Source: Seison nebaliae
Taxonomy: Eukaryota
Reading direction: 5' to 3'
Length of the DNA: 45,684 nt
Assembly: GCA_023231475.1 (NCBI GenBank)
Contig: JALJEE010000707.1
Span: 1-45,684 of the forward strand
Shown piece after piece: positions 1 to 12,187 of the stretch. Each line of letters opens with the position of its first letter. The stretch's first letter is position 1. The notes under the pieces are model-generated. The model was given only the letters and a program-made list of their open reading frames with translations, was not told the origin of the DNA and made no database searches. A program made the position numbers and the translations under genes.

Positions 1-139
1 TTTTTTTGCACTATGTTTAAGAGCTTGAATAGGGCTATTTTGTGATATCCACCTTTACGAAAGATACTTGATAGGACAGAAGTTATGACCGGTTTTATAA
101 AAACGTAAAAGTGTCCGATTACTTTAAATTCCTACTGTA
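1..139. mobile_element. Terminal fragment of a Tc1/mariner-type DNA transposon or MITE (element continues left of the window)
   Basis: Ends ...gtgtccgattactttaaattcctactg|TA (111-139). The reverse complement TA|CAGTAGGAATTTAAAGTAATCGGACAC has the form of a Tc1-class TIR abutting a TA target site. Only one end is visible. Confidence 0.55.
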
Positions 140-590
140 TAGATAATGCACAAAATACCAAATTTCTTGTAAGAAATAAATGCTACATTTCTAATTTCAT
201 TATCATAAATTCTCCGAGAATAAACCGGACACTTAATTTTCGAAGAATATCAAAGGTTAAAATAATCTTCCAGAAATTTGTTTTTCCGAATTCCGAAACA
301 ATCTTGTTAGTTAATCTTTTACAAAGCAAAATCCATTAAAATCAAAAAATTATTTATTTCTATTGATGTCTAAATATCGACGGCGGAGAATCACATACAG
401 CGTAAACATTATCATAATTTAGTTCACAAAAGTTGAATATTTTGAGAAGATACATTTGTAAAAGAACTAGATACCAAAAAATTGAATTGAAAATTAATTT
501 TTCGAAAAATTATTAAATTAGAATAATTCCTTTAAATTGGTTTAGATTTTCTATCAAAAGTGTGGATTTCATCTATTCGCAGGAGATATA

Positions 591-2429
591 ATGAAATTAA
601 ATTTCTCTATAATTCTATTGATACTTCATTCCATTGGAATAATAATTGGAACAATAATAATGAGTTAGCATCATAAATAACTAACAACATTTCCGGCAAT
701 TCACTAATGTTTTAGAAGATAACCAACCTACTTCATTAATTCTGAACAGTCCTGAATCTCAAATTCAAATCGGAATTTCCATTAATGCTAAATTGTTGCC
801 ATTTACTTGAATTTCTAGACTTGATCAGTAAATTTTAAATTATTTAAAAAAGAAACGAAAGGTTGAATATCACTACTACAATTCCATCAAAAATTGATGA
901 GAATCTTAATAATGAACGGACGAAAAACGGTTTGATGATTGAATATGTAATAATAACCGAAAAATTTGACGTAAGACGATTTGGGATGTTTGAAATTAAA
1001 ATGTCTATTTGCGAACTTGTCACCAATCAATTTTGGTTGTCAGTTAGATAAACCTGATACTCTTTTTTCGATAAAAACAATTGTTTCAGACAAATATAAT
1101 TGTGAACGAGAAGATCATCGAATTTCCGGAAACTCACATGGAAATTAATTGCGTTAATTATAAAGATGTAGAAGGAATTAAATCGTTGAAAATGAAATTT
1201 GAGAATGAAAATTCCAAAAATTATAGTTCGATTTTTTATTTCTAAAAAATATTAACTGAGACCAATTCTCATAGGTTTTCCCAATTCGACAAACATTTTT
1301 CAAATTCTCATTGAATTATTAGTGGAAACTGAAGAGAATAATTTACCTAAGAAGATAAAACATCATTATGACATTTATCAATCGTACATAAAACGAGCAG
1401 TGCCAAAACTGAAATTAACAAATTTTCTTGAATATAAAGAGAATCCAAATAACGTTTGGAATGCATATAAGGAGGAGACTGTCGAAGTATTTTTCCAACT
1501 GCAATTCACTTTCAACAAACAGTTCAGCTTGGTTAATCTCAATAAAATGGTTTAGATTCTCCTCTAACATTTTGATGATATTTCCTTGAAAAAATGATTT
1601 TTCCAGATTTCTCAAATTATTAAGCAAATGTTCTTCTCCCCCAATAATTTAAGACTGAGCACTCAACTTTATACGATTCCGGGTACTAATTCTTATATAA
1701 TTCGATTGGATAGTCGAATTGAAATGCATTATCTCTTACAGAAAATCTTCCTTTCTTTATATCATTATCGATTTTCCGAAAAACTAAAACAAAGAATTAA
1801 TGATATGACTAAAATAATTAAATTATCATCTTTCCAAAATTGGTTATTCGATTGTATTGCACTTCAACTCCGAACAAATTTGTACAATAAAAGTTCTATT
1901 ATTGATTTAGAGGAAAATCGTGAACTCATATTTTCTAGAGGTTAAATTGCCACTGGTTTTCTCGTTCGATAATGGAATGAGAATGATGTCATTTAGTAAA
2001 TCAAATAATCCGGAAGAATCTGTGAGTAAGAAGAAAATGATGGTTATAGTTGGAGTAGTAGGCGGAGGAATTCTTCTAGTATTACTCATTTCAATCATAG
2101 CCAATATTACTCATTGTACCAGAGATAAATCCATCAACAATACGAAGAATAAGAACGAAAGACTTTGGAGAAAAAAGAAAAGTAGAAAGAATCATTCAAG
2201 TGATGATCATGAAAAACATGGAAAGGTGGCAAAAGGAGAGAAAGAAATAAACGAACATGGGTTTTATAAGAAGAAACATAGAAAGAGAAGTCAACATAAG
2301 TTAAATCCGAAAGAATGGTCGAAAAAAAAAGTTGAGGCCATTGGGAAATTACCTCAATTCAATAATATCAAATCACCTCCATCTCAAATCAGTCTATCTT
2401 ATTCTGATAGTACCAGACGAATTACATAA
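591..2429 (+). CDS. Orphan multi-exon type I membrane protein (signal peptide, one TM helix, Lys/His-rich tail)
   Basis: ATG at 591 gives MKLNFSIILLILHSIGIIIGTIIM. Short GT(T)-AG introns join ORF pieces 863, ~1090-1225, 1322, 1628 and 1920 in frame. TM segment MMVIVGVVGGGILLVLLISIIANI. Two junctions (~795-852, ~1843-1912) are uncertain. Confidence 0.55.
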
Positions 2430-2697
2430 ACTCATAAAAGTTATTTAATTTTGATGAAATTTCATGAATAAAAGTTTAGCAGAATTTCCGAATATGGAAT
2501 TAAGAGGGCTTTCTTTTGGAAGATGATTCTCTTGGAAACTTTTGCGAATTCGAAATTGATTTTAATCGTTGAAAAAATAAAATTGAAATTTCAATATTTG
2601 TCTGACGAGGAAAATAAAAAGAAATATAAATTAGAAAAATATCAGCACAAGGTAATTGTGGTAACACAAAAGGAATATTAAATTTCGTCTTATTAGA

Positions 2698-2730
<33 letters not shown>

Positions 2731-2749
2731 GTGTGTGTGTGTGTGCGTG
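2698..2749. repeat. (GT)n microsatellite with two GC interruptions
   Basis: Directly visible tgtgtg...gtgcgtgtg...gtgcgtg between the convergent 3' ends at 2429 and 2848. Confidence 0.95.
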
Positions 2750-2847
2750 GGAGAGAATGGCGATTGAGATCAAGAAGATTTAAAAGAAAAAAATGAGTAC
2801 AAGGAAAATAATTTGGAATAAATAAAATAGATAAAATCGGAAGGTGC

Positions 2848-5017
2848 TTAAATTGATTCTACGTAATTTCCTGGAAAGAATCCGCGTCGATTAGTTCCAT
2901 GAATATAACCGTCATACCATCCATCGTCATTCTTTTGTAGAACATGAATGACTGCATTCTCATCAAACGTCAATTCATCATCTCGTCTAGCTGCATAATT
3001 GAACATAGCTCGAACGGTGTCTATACATTTCGGTTGTTGATATTGAACATGTTGTGGTTGAGGTGGTGGAAGTCTCTTATTCTTCATATAAATATCTTCT
3101 TGATATCCATATGTAGAAGAAGAGTTTGAAGATGCTGAAGATGGAGCACCATAAATATCTTGTTGTGATTGAATGGGAATATCCATTCCATAAATTGGTT
3201 GAACATCATTCCCAATATGATAAGACATTTTTTGTTGCTGCTGTTGTTGTTGTTGTTGAGGATGATGATGATGATGAGAATGATATTTATGAAATTCTTT
3301 TTCATTATTCATTACGGAATGTGGTGGAGGTGGCAAATTGTTTAGTGATGCAGCTTGCATCATTATCGAAGATGGTGTGACTGATGGTTGTTGATTAGAC
3401 AACTGTTGTTGATGATAAGCAGAACGGACACTACTATTACTTTGACGACGGACATGTGACGGATGTTGATCAATTCCACCATTACGACTGGAATGATGAT
3501 TATTTTGATTAGATCCATAATTAATTTCACTACTGCTATTATTGCTGTGCATCGATCGATATTGCGATGATGACTGTTGTTGATGGTAAACATTCACCGA
3601 TGGTGCCATTGATCGAATTGAAATACTATCATCAATCTTTTCATTCTGATGGTGCAAATGAGAGAGAGAAGATACCGCTTGTTGATGATGATGGCCATTG
3701 CTATGAGAATTCATATGATTTTTAATCGGAATAATATTCTCATTTCCACCATAACCATAAATCGTATCTGAAATCATTAAAATTAAATAAAAAGATTTTT
3801 TAAAATTAAAATAAAAAACCTTCAGGATTATATGGATTAGTCATGATCGATTCATCATTATAAACATTATTTTGATGATTCATATCCATTCCATACACTA
3901 TCGATCGATTATCACTAGTTGATGGTTTTCTTCTAGTTATCGTATCGAAATTATTATCAGAGAAATTATATTGTAAATTATATTGTCGTTGTTCTTGTTG
4001 TTGTTGTAAATTAATCGATTCTTGAAGATGTTGTTGTTGTTGTTGTTGTTGCTGCTGATGATTATTATTATTATTAATTTCATCATTATGAATTTGTTTT
4101 ACAGATAAAGTAGAATTGACGGAAGTTCTCGAATGGTTTAATGTTCCATTCGAATTAGAATTATTCTCATAATTATTTCCATTGTTATTGATCGTTCCAT
4201 TTTGATAATTAATTCCATTCATTTCTCCCATCATATCTTTGAACGGTAACGATTTCATTACCGTTTTTCGGTGACTTTTATTTCCACGAACTAACGTCGG
4301 ATAAGCGGCAGCTGAAATTACAGAAGTTGCAATCGATTCTGATGGCGATGTTCCTGACGATGAAACATCTACATGATTTGATGTTGATGATTTAGACACA
4401 TAATAATGTGATTCGTTTTCCAATTGGTCATTAAAATAAATTTGTTTATTTGGAATTTTTGATTGAAATTTATTTTGCTGTTCATCCAATTTTTCATTCT
4501 GAGTACCATTGGTAAAATTCGATTGTTCGAATAATAATTTTCCAATTCCCACATTATCATATTCATTAAACGTTATCTGTTTTCTTTCATAATTATGGAT
4601 TTTTGGAGGATTATCATTTCCGGAAATACGAACACCTTTTATCGTATTCTTTCCCATTGTGTTCTTACCAACACAATGTCGTGCCGCTTTTTCTCGAATT
4701 GAGGCAATTTGAGAATTGACTCGTTCGATACGACAATTCAAATCTTCCAAATTATTTTGTTGACAATTCAACATTTTCTTAAAATTCGTCGATAAACGAT
4801 TAACTTGACAAGCAATTCCAGCTAAACTCTGAATGGCCAATTGCTCGGTTGATTTATAAACTTTATGATTAGAATTTTCGAGAAATCGCTCATCACAATA
4901 TCGACTCACTTCATGAAGTTCATTTGCTGATCGCTTCAATTGGTCAGCATCGACGGGCAACAACTTCAGTAGAGACTTCTCAAAATCATCTTCACTTCCC
5001 TCAACCGATATATTCAT
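2848..5017 (-). CDS. ABI: Abl interactor (ABI), WAVE complex subunit; 2 exons, intron 3768-3819 (52 nt)
   Basis: N-terminal ABI region (ELHEVSRYCDERF...QSLAGIACQVNRLSTNFKKML...IREKAARHCVG), Q/N/H/P low-complexity middle and C-terminal SH3 (VRAMFNYAARRDDELTF...DDGWYDG...GFFPGNYV). A phase-1 GT-AG intron joins the two ORFs (GAA G|AT ACG). Confidence 0.9.
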
Positions 5018-5276
5018 TTTTGTTTTACACAAAAAAATTCATGTATTTCTTCTCATCAGATTGAATCTTATCTATTTCAAATTGTCTTCCTAATTTACAT
5101 TCGAATTTGAATGGAAAATATCATCAAAGGTACTTTGCCCATTAACATCATTTATTTATTTCCTATTTATTTCTCAAATTCTCTTTCTCTTTTACTCACT
5201 CACATCCACAACGAAGTTAATAAGAAGATTTTAATGTTAAAATGAAAGCTCAAATTGATCGATTCCATTCACTAAT

Positions 5277-5808
5277 TCATCTGGCACACAGTGAAAGATA
5301 AACAATGAATGAAATAGATAAAGAAGTAATTTTCGATGAAATTAATTGTATACCATTATTCGGTTTGTTCTCAAAAAATCTCAATAAAATTTTTCTATTG
5401 CAATAATCCGTTTGGCAACATCCACGATTCATATTAACCTCACATATACTACCACATCCACCTTCATATACCACGTTCTTCCCATTCAAAATTTTCGTTT
5501 CCTTTAAAAGTAATGATCGATAAAATTATCATATTAAATTACAAACTATACAATATCCATCTCCTGAATCACATGTAGTTATATTAAATTGTGAATGGAG
5601 ATTATACTTGAAACAGATTAATCCATCTTTCCAATTAAGAGAAATATATTTAAATAAAGTTAATTAAAATTAATTCTCTCTGGAAAAAACTCCAGAAATA
5701 CAAATACGGTCAATTTAATTAAATAATGAAATGAGTTAAAGAAAAATTTTAATAACAATTTAATTTCATTGATATTATCAGAAGAAAACAAATGATAATT
5801 TGATTCAT
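5277..5808 (-). CDS. Ly6/uPAR three-finger protein, probably GPI-anchored; exons 5757-5808, 5547-5626, 5277-5501
   Basis: Spliced product MNQIIICFLLIISMKLNYGLICFKYNLHSQFNITTCDSGDGYCIETKILNGKNVVYEGGCGSICEVNMNRGCCQTDYCN... has a signal peptide, an LxC start, a CCxxDxCN end and a hydrophobic C-terminus. Confidence 0.85.
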
Positions 5809-5967
5809 TCTTTTACAATTGTTGGGGAAATTCCGAGGAAAGTTTTGGAAAGGAAAAGTTTCGGTTAATTTTCTTTTCTTTTTGTGGACAAAAAGTTGGA
5901 TCTCATCGAAATAGTGTGATTGTCTTATCTTTTGATGAAATTTCTCACTTTATTGTATAATAATCGT

Positions 5968-7072
5968 TTATTCTTTGAAAATTTCATTGTTATTCCAACG
6001 AATGTAACTAAAGACGCTTCTGCTATCATTAGAATCCCCCAATCTTTGTCCGATATCAACTATTTTCAATTAACATAAATTAACATAAAATTGTAGAAGA
6101 AAATGGGAAACTCCTTTCGTTTCGAGGGTGACATTTGTCTTTTTATTCATTTCAATTATGAGCACTTTTGAAATTGCAGATTGATGCATTAGAATTCCAA
6201 TCAATAATAAAGGTAATACCCAAATAATGGACTTCAATGTATTTTGTAATGATTCGGAAGATTCTCGAATACCGAGTATATCCGTTCGATCCAACACTCC
6301 CACAATTGACAATATTAGAAGGAGATGAATGACACAATAAAAAGGAAAAATCCATCGTTCAAACAACTTCAAATATCGATCAACATTATCAGTTGATTCG
6401 TGAAGAATAATTGCTAGAACCACGAGCATGCCACCACATTGTATCAGTGAAAAATCAAAGATTTTCTGAAGAAATAAAAATAGTTTAGCTAAAATTCTTG
6501 ATTCTTTTTCTTCTTTTTCATAGTCCACTTTTGTTTCTCCTTCATATTGTCGTTGTTTTTCAATACGCAGTTGTCTTTCTTCTTTTAATTGTCGTTCATA
6601 TTCCCTTCCATCCATCTTTCTGAAACGCTTCTCTGTAATTCATTAAAATTTTAAACGAATAATTAACTAAACTAAACTATTTTTCTGTTCCACATAAATT
6701 TCATTGTTCTTCGAAGAAACTTTATGAATTGGGTCATAGAAATTCTTATTCTTATTTTTAAACGTCTCTTCGTCGATAATATCCTCTGCAAATTCATCCA
6801 CTATTTTTACATTACTTCCTCTTTGTCTAATAAAACAATCGATAATATCGTTACGAAAATGTTTTAGGAAACTTTGATGATTTTGATCTTCTTTTTTTCA
6901 CTTTTGGACTCTTAGAGCCAATAACGGGTAATTTCCTTGAACTGATAATGGAAATGTCATTATCCGTTAAACGAGGAACTCTCGAAGAATTATCTAAATA
7001 TTATCTTCTTAAAAAGTTCTGGTAAAATCTTTAACTTGTCGATGTTTTCGAAGATGAAGATTTTGAAGGCAT
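5968..7072 (-). CDS. Orphan four-pass membrane protein with long charged N-terminus; 4 exons
   Basis: ATG at 7072 (MPSKSSSSKTST). Three short GTT..AG introns give an open frame through ORF 6070-6615 and end ...KGLISDKDWGILMIAEASLVTFVGITMKIFKE*. Four hydrophobic segments. Confidence 0.6.
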
Positions 7073-7294
7073 CTCTTGCTATTGTATGAAGATCGAGTTT
7101 CCGTTCCTATGGTTACATATGGACCAATATTATTATTCCTATTAAACCAATAAGCTTACTTATTCCCTCGAAATTTCCTTGATGCTACTCGCTTATCGAA
7201 ATTGATCAATTTCGATAACGATAACAACAACAACTTAATGCTCGAAAATGATCGATCGATTATAGGACATATTCGAGATTATTATGATCTATAG

Positions 7295-8218
7295 TTATAC
7301 TACCAACTTCCTCTGACATTCACTTTTACGGCTAACAAATCGATGAGTTTTCTTAAATCGATAGAGCCATGAAGAAGAAGCACTGAAATTAGCGATGCTT
7401 AATTTACTTGCTTCTTCTAAAGCAATTCTTCTTATGGTTTCGTCGTACACCGATTGAAGATTCTCCCGCATTTCAACAATTCTACTCTCAACAATTTTGC
7501 CCAATTTTGAGAATTCATTTTCGGATTTGATATGGGTTCGATTATTGATAATATTATAATATACACTGTTATTTTTAAGTTTTTTAAATCGACGTCGAGC
7601 ACTTCTCCATCCTTTTCCGGGATTCTCTTTCTTCCACTCCATAACTTTCTCTACATAATCTTTAGACAAGTTAGTTCTTTTGTAAATTTCCTCATAATCT
7701 CTCACATTAATATCATCCCCAGAGAAATATGAAAGATGATTATCCTTGTTCATACAATTATCACTATTTAAAGCCGAAATCGATTCATGGAATTTATCGT
7801 CGAAAATAGAAATACAGTCGTCTTTTAAAAAATGTTCCTCACATTCATTCACAACACACTCGACGAATTCATCAAAATCTTCAACGACATTCAACGGATC
7901 ACATACAGAATCATCAATTGTATTAAAAAATAAATTAGAATCATTATTATCATCGGAGAATGCATTATTTGAGATTGGATTACTGGAATCATGAGAAGCG
8001 ATATCTTCATCGGACGGAACGAAATTTATATAATCGGAGTTTGAACCAATATTAGTTTCTTTTAGAAATGATTTAATTTCTTTTCTTAATGATGATAGTG
8101 TTCTTCGGACGATTGCGTGAATAAATTTACTTTCCATTTCATTTTCGCAACAATAATTAATTTGACATTTATTTTGCAGTTGTTGCAAAATTGACGATAA
8201 AATTTGTTTATTATTCAT
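7295..8218 (-). mobile_element. pogo/Tigger-type transposase-derived ORF with CENP-B-type HTH, truncated before the DDE domain
   Basis: Intronless 307-aa ORF. ...VYDETIRRIALEEASKLSIANFSASSSWLYRFKKTHRFVSRK matches the Tc5/CENP-B HTH motif (F.AS.gWl.rFk.rh). The stop comes about 10 codons later. No TIRs identified. Confidence 0.75.
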
Positions 8219-9566
8219 TTTAAAATAATTTATAATATTATTTCGAAATTTTATTTAAAGAAATATTCTAATAAAATGAATATAGAAACACGGTTAAATT
8301 AAACACAATATTCGATATTGAAATAATTTTCCCACGAATATTAATCATTAATTCTTGATTAAAAATAAATTCTTCACAATTCTAGAAACATCGTGGAAAA
8401 AATTTAATTCCCAAATAAGCTAAATTTTTAAACCGAGGAAAAGACGAAAAAAGATCAATTTTGAAAGAGTAACAATTTAGGTATTATGTATTAGGCTTAA
8501 ACCATTTTAATTAAAGTAGGGTACTTATAGAGGAGCGGGAGCCGATTTTTATTGCACCAAAAATTTTTAAAATTAATGTTCTATAAGATGGTATAAAAAT
8601 GTTTAGTGTTTTCCATCTCTCTTGGTGGATGTTCCCTTGTGAGTTCAAAAAATTTGTTCTTAATTTTCGTCCTCATCTCTCCGATTCTCGAACAGAGATA
8701 TTAGACCGAATATACCGAATATTTTATATTATATATTACTGAAATTATACCGGGCTCTCAAAATTCTTAAACGGAATCTATACTTAGTATAGTATACTAT
8801 TATTGACAGATTAACGGCCCTCAGATTATTACATTGTCCGTTAGAGTGATGTCTTGAACATTATGTCTTGACTATTCGCATCCTTCATCTTCTCACTTAT
8901 ATTTTAATTTCTTTTACTTCCGTTAGATGCGTGTTTTTTTTCCTTTTACTTTTTCCTTTTTTTTTATTTTATCCCTCATGGGAATTTTCTATCACTCATT
9001 GTGATTAATAAACCTAATAATAATAATACATTGTATATTGAAATTGAACTATACGACCATAAAAGAATTTCCACTATTTCTCACCAATAAAACGACTAGA
9101 AATATAGTGAGCTTAATTTTAGATTTACGCATTAACCGCAATTAACTGAACATACTAACTGAACTATATTCAAGATTAGTTCAATACTGATCGCGAACGT
9201 TATTTGCAAGAGATGAAATTACAGTCGGATAAATAAATTTTAGTTTGAATTTAAACTTTTTATTTGGAATAATTGATGAGAACAAACTATAAGAAATGAT
9301 ATGATATCAAATATCCTTTATCTTTTCAATATAAGAACTCATTACCATAAAACTACTTGACAATTTCAAGGAATAGTTTCGAACGTTTCACCTACACTAG
9401 CATATTTCAGACCAAATTTCAAGGTATATGGAAGCGTTCAAAAATTTGATATATGAGGAGATAGAATTCCATCGGCTTTTAAACCCTTTTCAGTATTTTT
9501 AGTTCTTAGTATCTGCTTAATTTTTCTCGTGTTTTTGATTTCATTTCCATAAATAGATAATTCAAG

Positions 9567-11074
9567 ATGTTCTTTAAAGTATTTCTAGTTCTATCATTAA
9601 CTAAAGTACTAACTTCGTTAACTAACACATGTATATTTTCGAAAGATGATGGAAAACTGGAGCATAATTTGCAAAGATCACATCTACCGTTATCTAGTTC
9701 ATCGAGAGATTTAGAAGTGCTAAGAGGTTTCATTAAGTGATTCCAATTATCTAGGTATTTCCCAACATTAAATATATGTCCAAATTTTAGAATGTGAACC
9801 GAAATTCACTTTGATTCTTCGACAAAAATCAGATATCGACCAACAAAATGAAATGGAAAATATCCATCAAAAGTTCTTCAACAAAAATTCCAACGACTTC
9901 ATATTGGATAACTTTGATCGTTATAAATTCGAAATATATTTTATTCGTAAACCACATTGTTCTCGGCATTTTTAGAACATCATCTCTGTGACGATGACAA
10001 GAATTTCTTAGAAAAACTTAAACAGAAAACTGTAACGGATCAAAGTTAAATTTAATCTTTATAAAAATTTAATTTCACATGAATCTTAATCTAAAGGTCG
10101 AACTGTGATGAACCAAGACGATGAAGTTGAAAAAATTATCGATTCATTTCAAGAACGTCTTTATGGAAATAAAATGAAAGGGCGTTCATCTTTGAAAGAA
10201 TTTCAAAAAAAACTTAATACGGTTATACGATGTTCGAAGGAACTAAGTGAAGTTTGGAATTGTATTAGTTATGTTAAAACTATACTAATGGATATTATGT
10301 TAACATTGTATGTTAATAAACTTATTTAGCTCAAAATTAAATGTTATAATGAAACATCAAATTCTTTACAATTAATGAGTGAAGTAGCTACTCGGATAAG
10401 TTTTGCAAAAATTTTCATTTATCAATTTCATCTTCGAGACAGAGTTGAAACCGAATGACAAAATGGAGATAGCTCTTTATTGTGCTTACATTAAAAATAG
10501 TCAATCGGTAAAAGCGTATGAAACTAATAATTTATGTAAACTCGTTCCAAAGGTACACTTATATTTCTGTAATTAGATTATACTTTAATCATATGTTATA
10601 TTATTATTATTCATAGGAAGAATTAGCGGACGCAATGAGACAATTAAAATTTCAGAAGTATTGTCATGTAAATCCATCACTCTCGGTGACGATGGAAGTT
10701 TTATGTCAGGACGTGAAAGATTTAACAGGAGAAATAAAAAGATTATTTCAGTTTTTTTTCGTTTTACTTAACCTCTCCTTTAATTGCATTACAGCTCCGA
10801 TGAATATTCAAAAGTTGAAATAAATAATGAACATGGAATGTTACCTCTAATTCATCATTTTATTGGGAAAGGATTAGAGAATGATATGAATCAACGATCG
10901 ATTGCAGTTGAAGATCGTCTGAGATATTACATAGATCAGTTAGTGGATCAACGTCTTAGCAACAATATTATCATATTCGGTTTCTCTAATTGCCAAGATA
11001 AGCAAGATCGAATATCTGTTAGTCATCAGTTTATTTCTATTAATGATATTTTAAAAGATTTTGATAAATGGTAA
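9567..11074 (+). CDS. Orphan secreted protein, about 8 exons
   Basis: ATG at 9567 gives signal peptide MFFKVFLVLSLTKVLTS. Seven short GT-AG introns keep frame through ORFs 10105, 10635 and 10784. The 3' end could extend by splicing at TG|gtaagc (~11071). Confidence 0.6.
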
Positions 11075-11339
11075 GCGATATCTTCACACCAAGAGCTGTC
11101 CGAAAGGTATCTGTCAAATGGAACGAGTCTTGCAAGATAAGAATGTTCAAAGTAAAACTTGCGATTTAATGATGATCTGTTCATCTGCTGATGAACTCTA
11201 CAAAAATCCATTTTTAACTCTATTTCTATTAGTTTTAAGTTTTAATTATTAAATTAGACGATTTTTTTTATTCATATCAGATTTTTTTTTAATTTATAAA
11301 ATCAAATCCCCTCGGAGCAAATTAAAAAGAAAATAGGAT

Positions 11340-11715
11340 AACTCACTGTACAAGTTATCCTTAATAAGTTTTCTTCCAATGTCCATTTCATCACGTTTTG
11401 TATACGATACTTATTTGAAAGAGCTTGAATTGGGCTATCTAACAGTATGCTCCCTTAAGCATATAATGCTTTTTGAAGAAAGTTATGAGCATTTAAAAAA
11501 TATCGAATTTTGTCTAAAGCTAAAGACCATGCTAAAGAGAGGAATCGATTCCGATTCATGAGAGGACTCGAGCCAAAGCATGAGTTTCGCTAATAGCTTG
11601 GCTCGAGCCTTGTATGTATAGGACTCTTATCATATCTGGATTTTTTTTTTCCATAATGTATGGAGGACTCGAGTCTTATCACTTTGGACTCACGGATCAT
11701 AATCACAGCACTAGT
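11340..11715. mobile_element. Degenerate non-autonomous DNA-transposon (MITE/hAT-like) remnants
   Basis: Shares motifs with the element at 1-139. Repeated GGACTC(GAG) motifs. Inverted repeat ctcgagccaa (11567-11576)/ttggctcgag (11598-11607). Terminus cacagcacta at ~11713 reads TAGTGCTGTG on the minus strand. Confidence 0.4.
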
Positions 11716-12187
11716 TCACCAAAAACAAGCTATTTACAGTAATGGAACAAATAGATTCAGAGCTAATTCTGAACTCGGAAGATCATAAAGATTTTCGAAC
11801 AAGGATGATCATTTCTGACGATCATTCTCATACCGTGTATCTCATTAGAAGCAATTGAAAGTAAAAGATAGATTTAATTGGAAGTTATCTTACTTGTTTC
11901 TTACTTGGAGAATGATATCAAAATGACATTATGTACAGTCGATTGGGAGCATACGGTAATCTATTTTATCAATTGCTTGTTTTCTTCTTCCAATAGCTCA
12001 TTTATTAATTATATTATGATTCTCAGAATCTTTAATATCTCTTTAACTAAATGAATAGAATATATTCCATGATTTTATAGTTGTGGAATGATAATTGGTT
12101 TCATTGACAATGCTAATAAGAAAGTTGATGAAATTTGATAATTTATATTTTGAATGTTAAGCGAGAAAGAGAAAGAAATTGAATAAA

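Noticed and set aside
5627..5740. Possible GA-AG non-canonical intron and extra hydrophobic exon in the Ly6 gene
   Set aside because: A single canonical GT-AG intron (5627-5756) gives a clean signal peptide-to-domain junction.
8480..8830. Possible TIR starts (tattaggc, ttaaagtaggg, taccgggctctc) flanking the HTH ORF
   Set aside because: No matching inverted partner found on the other side of the ORF.
591..11252. Stop-codon reassignment as an explanation for the fragmented ORFs
   Set aside because: Short GT-AG introns account for the interruptions, and conserved genes end at TAA, TAG and TGA normally.
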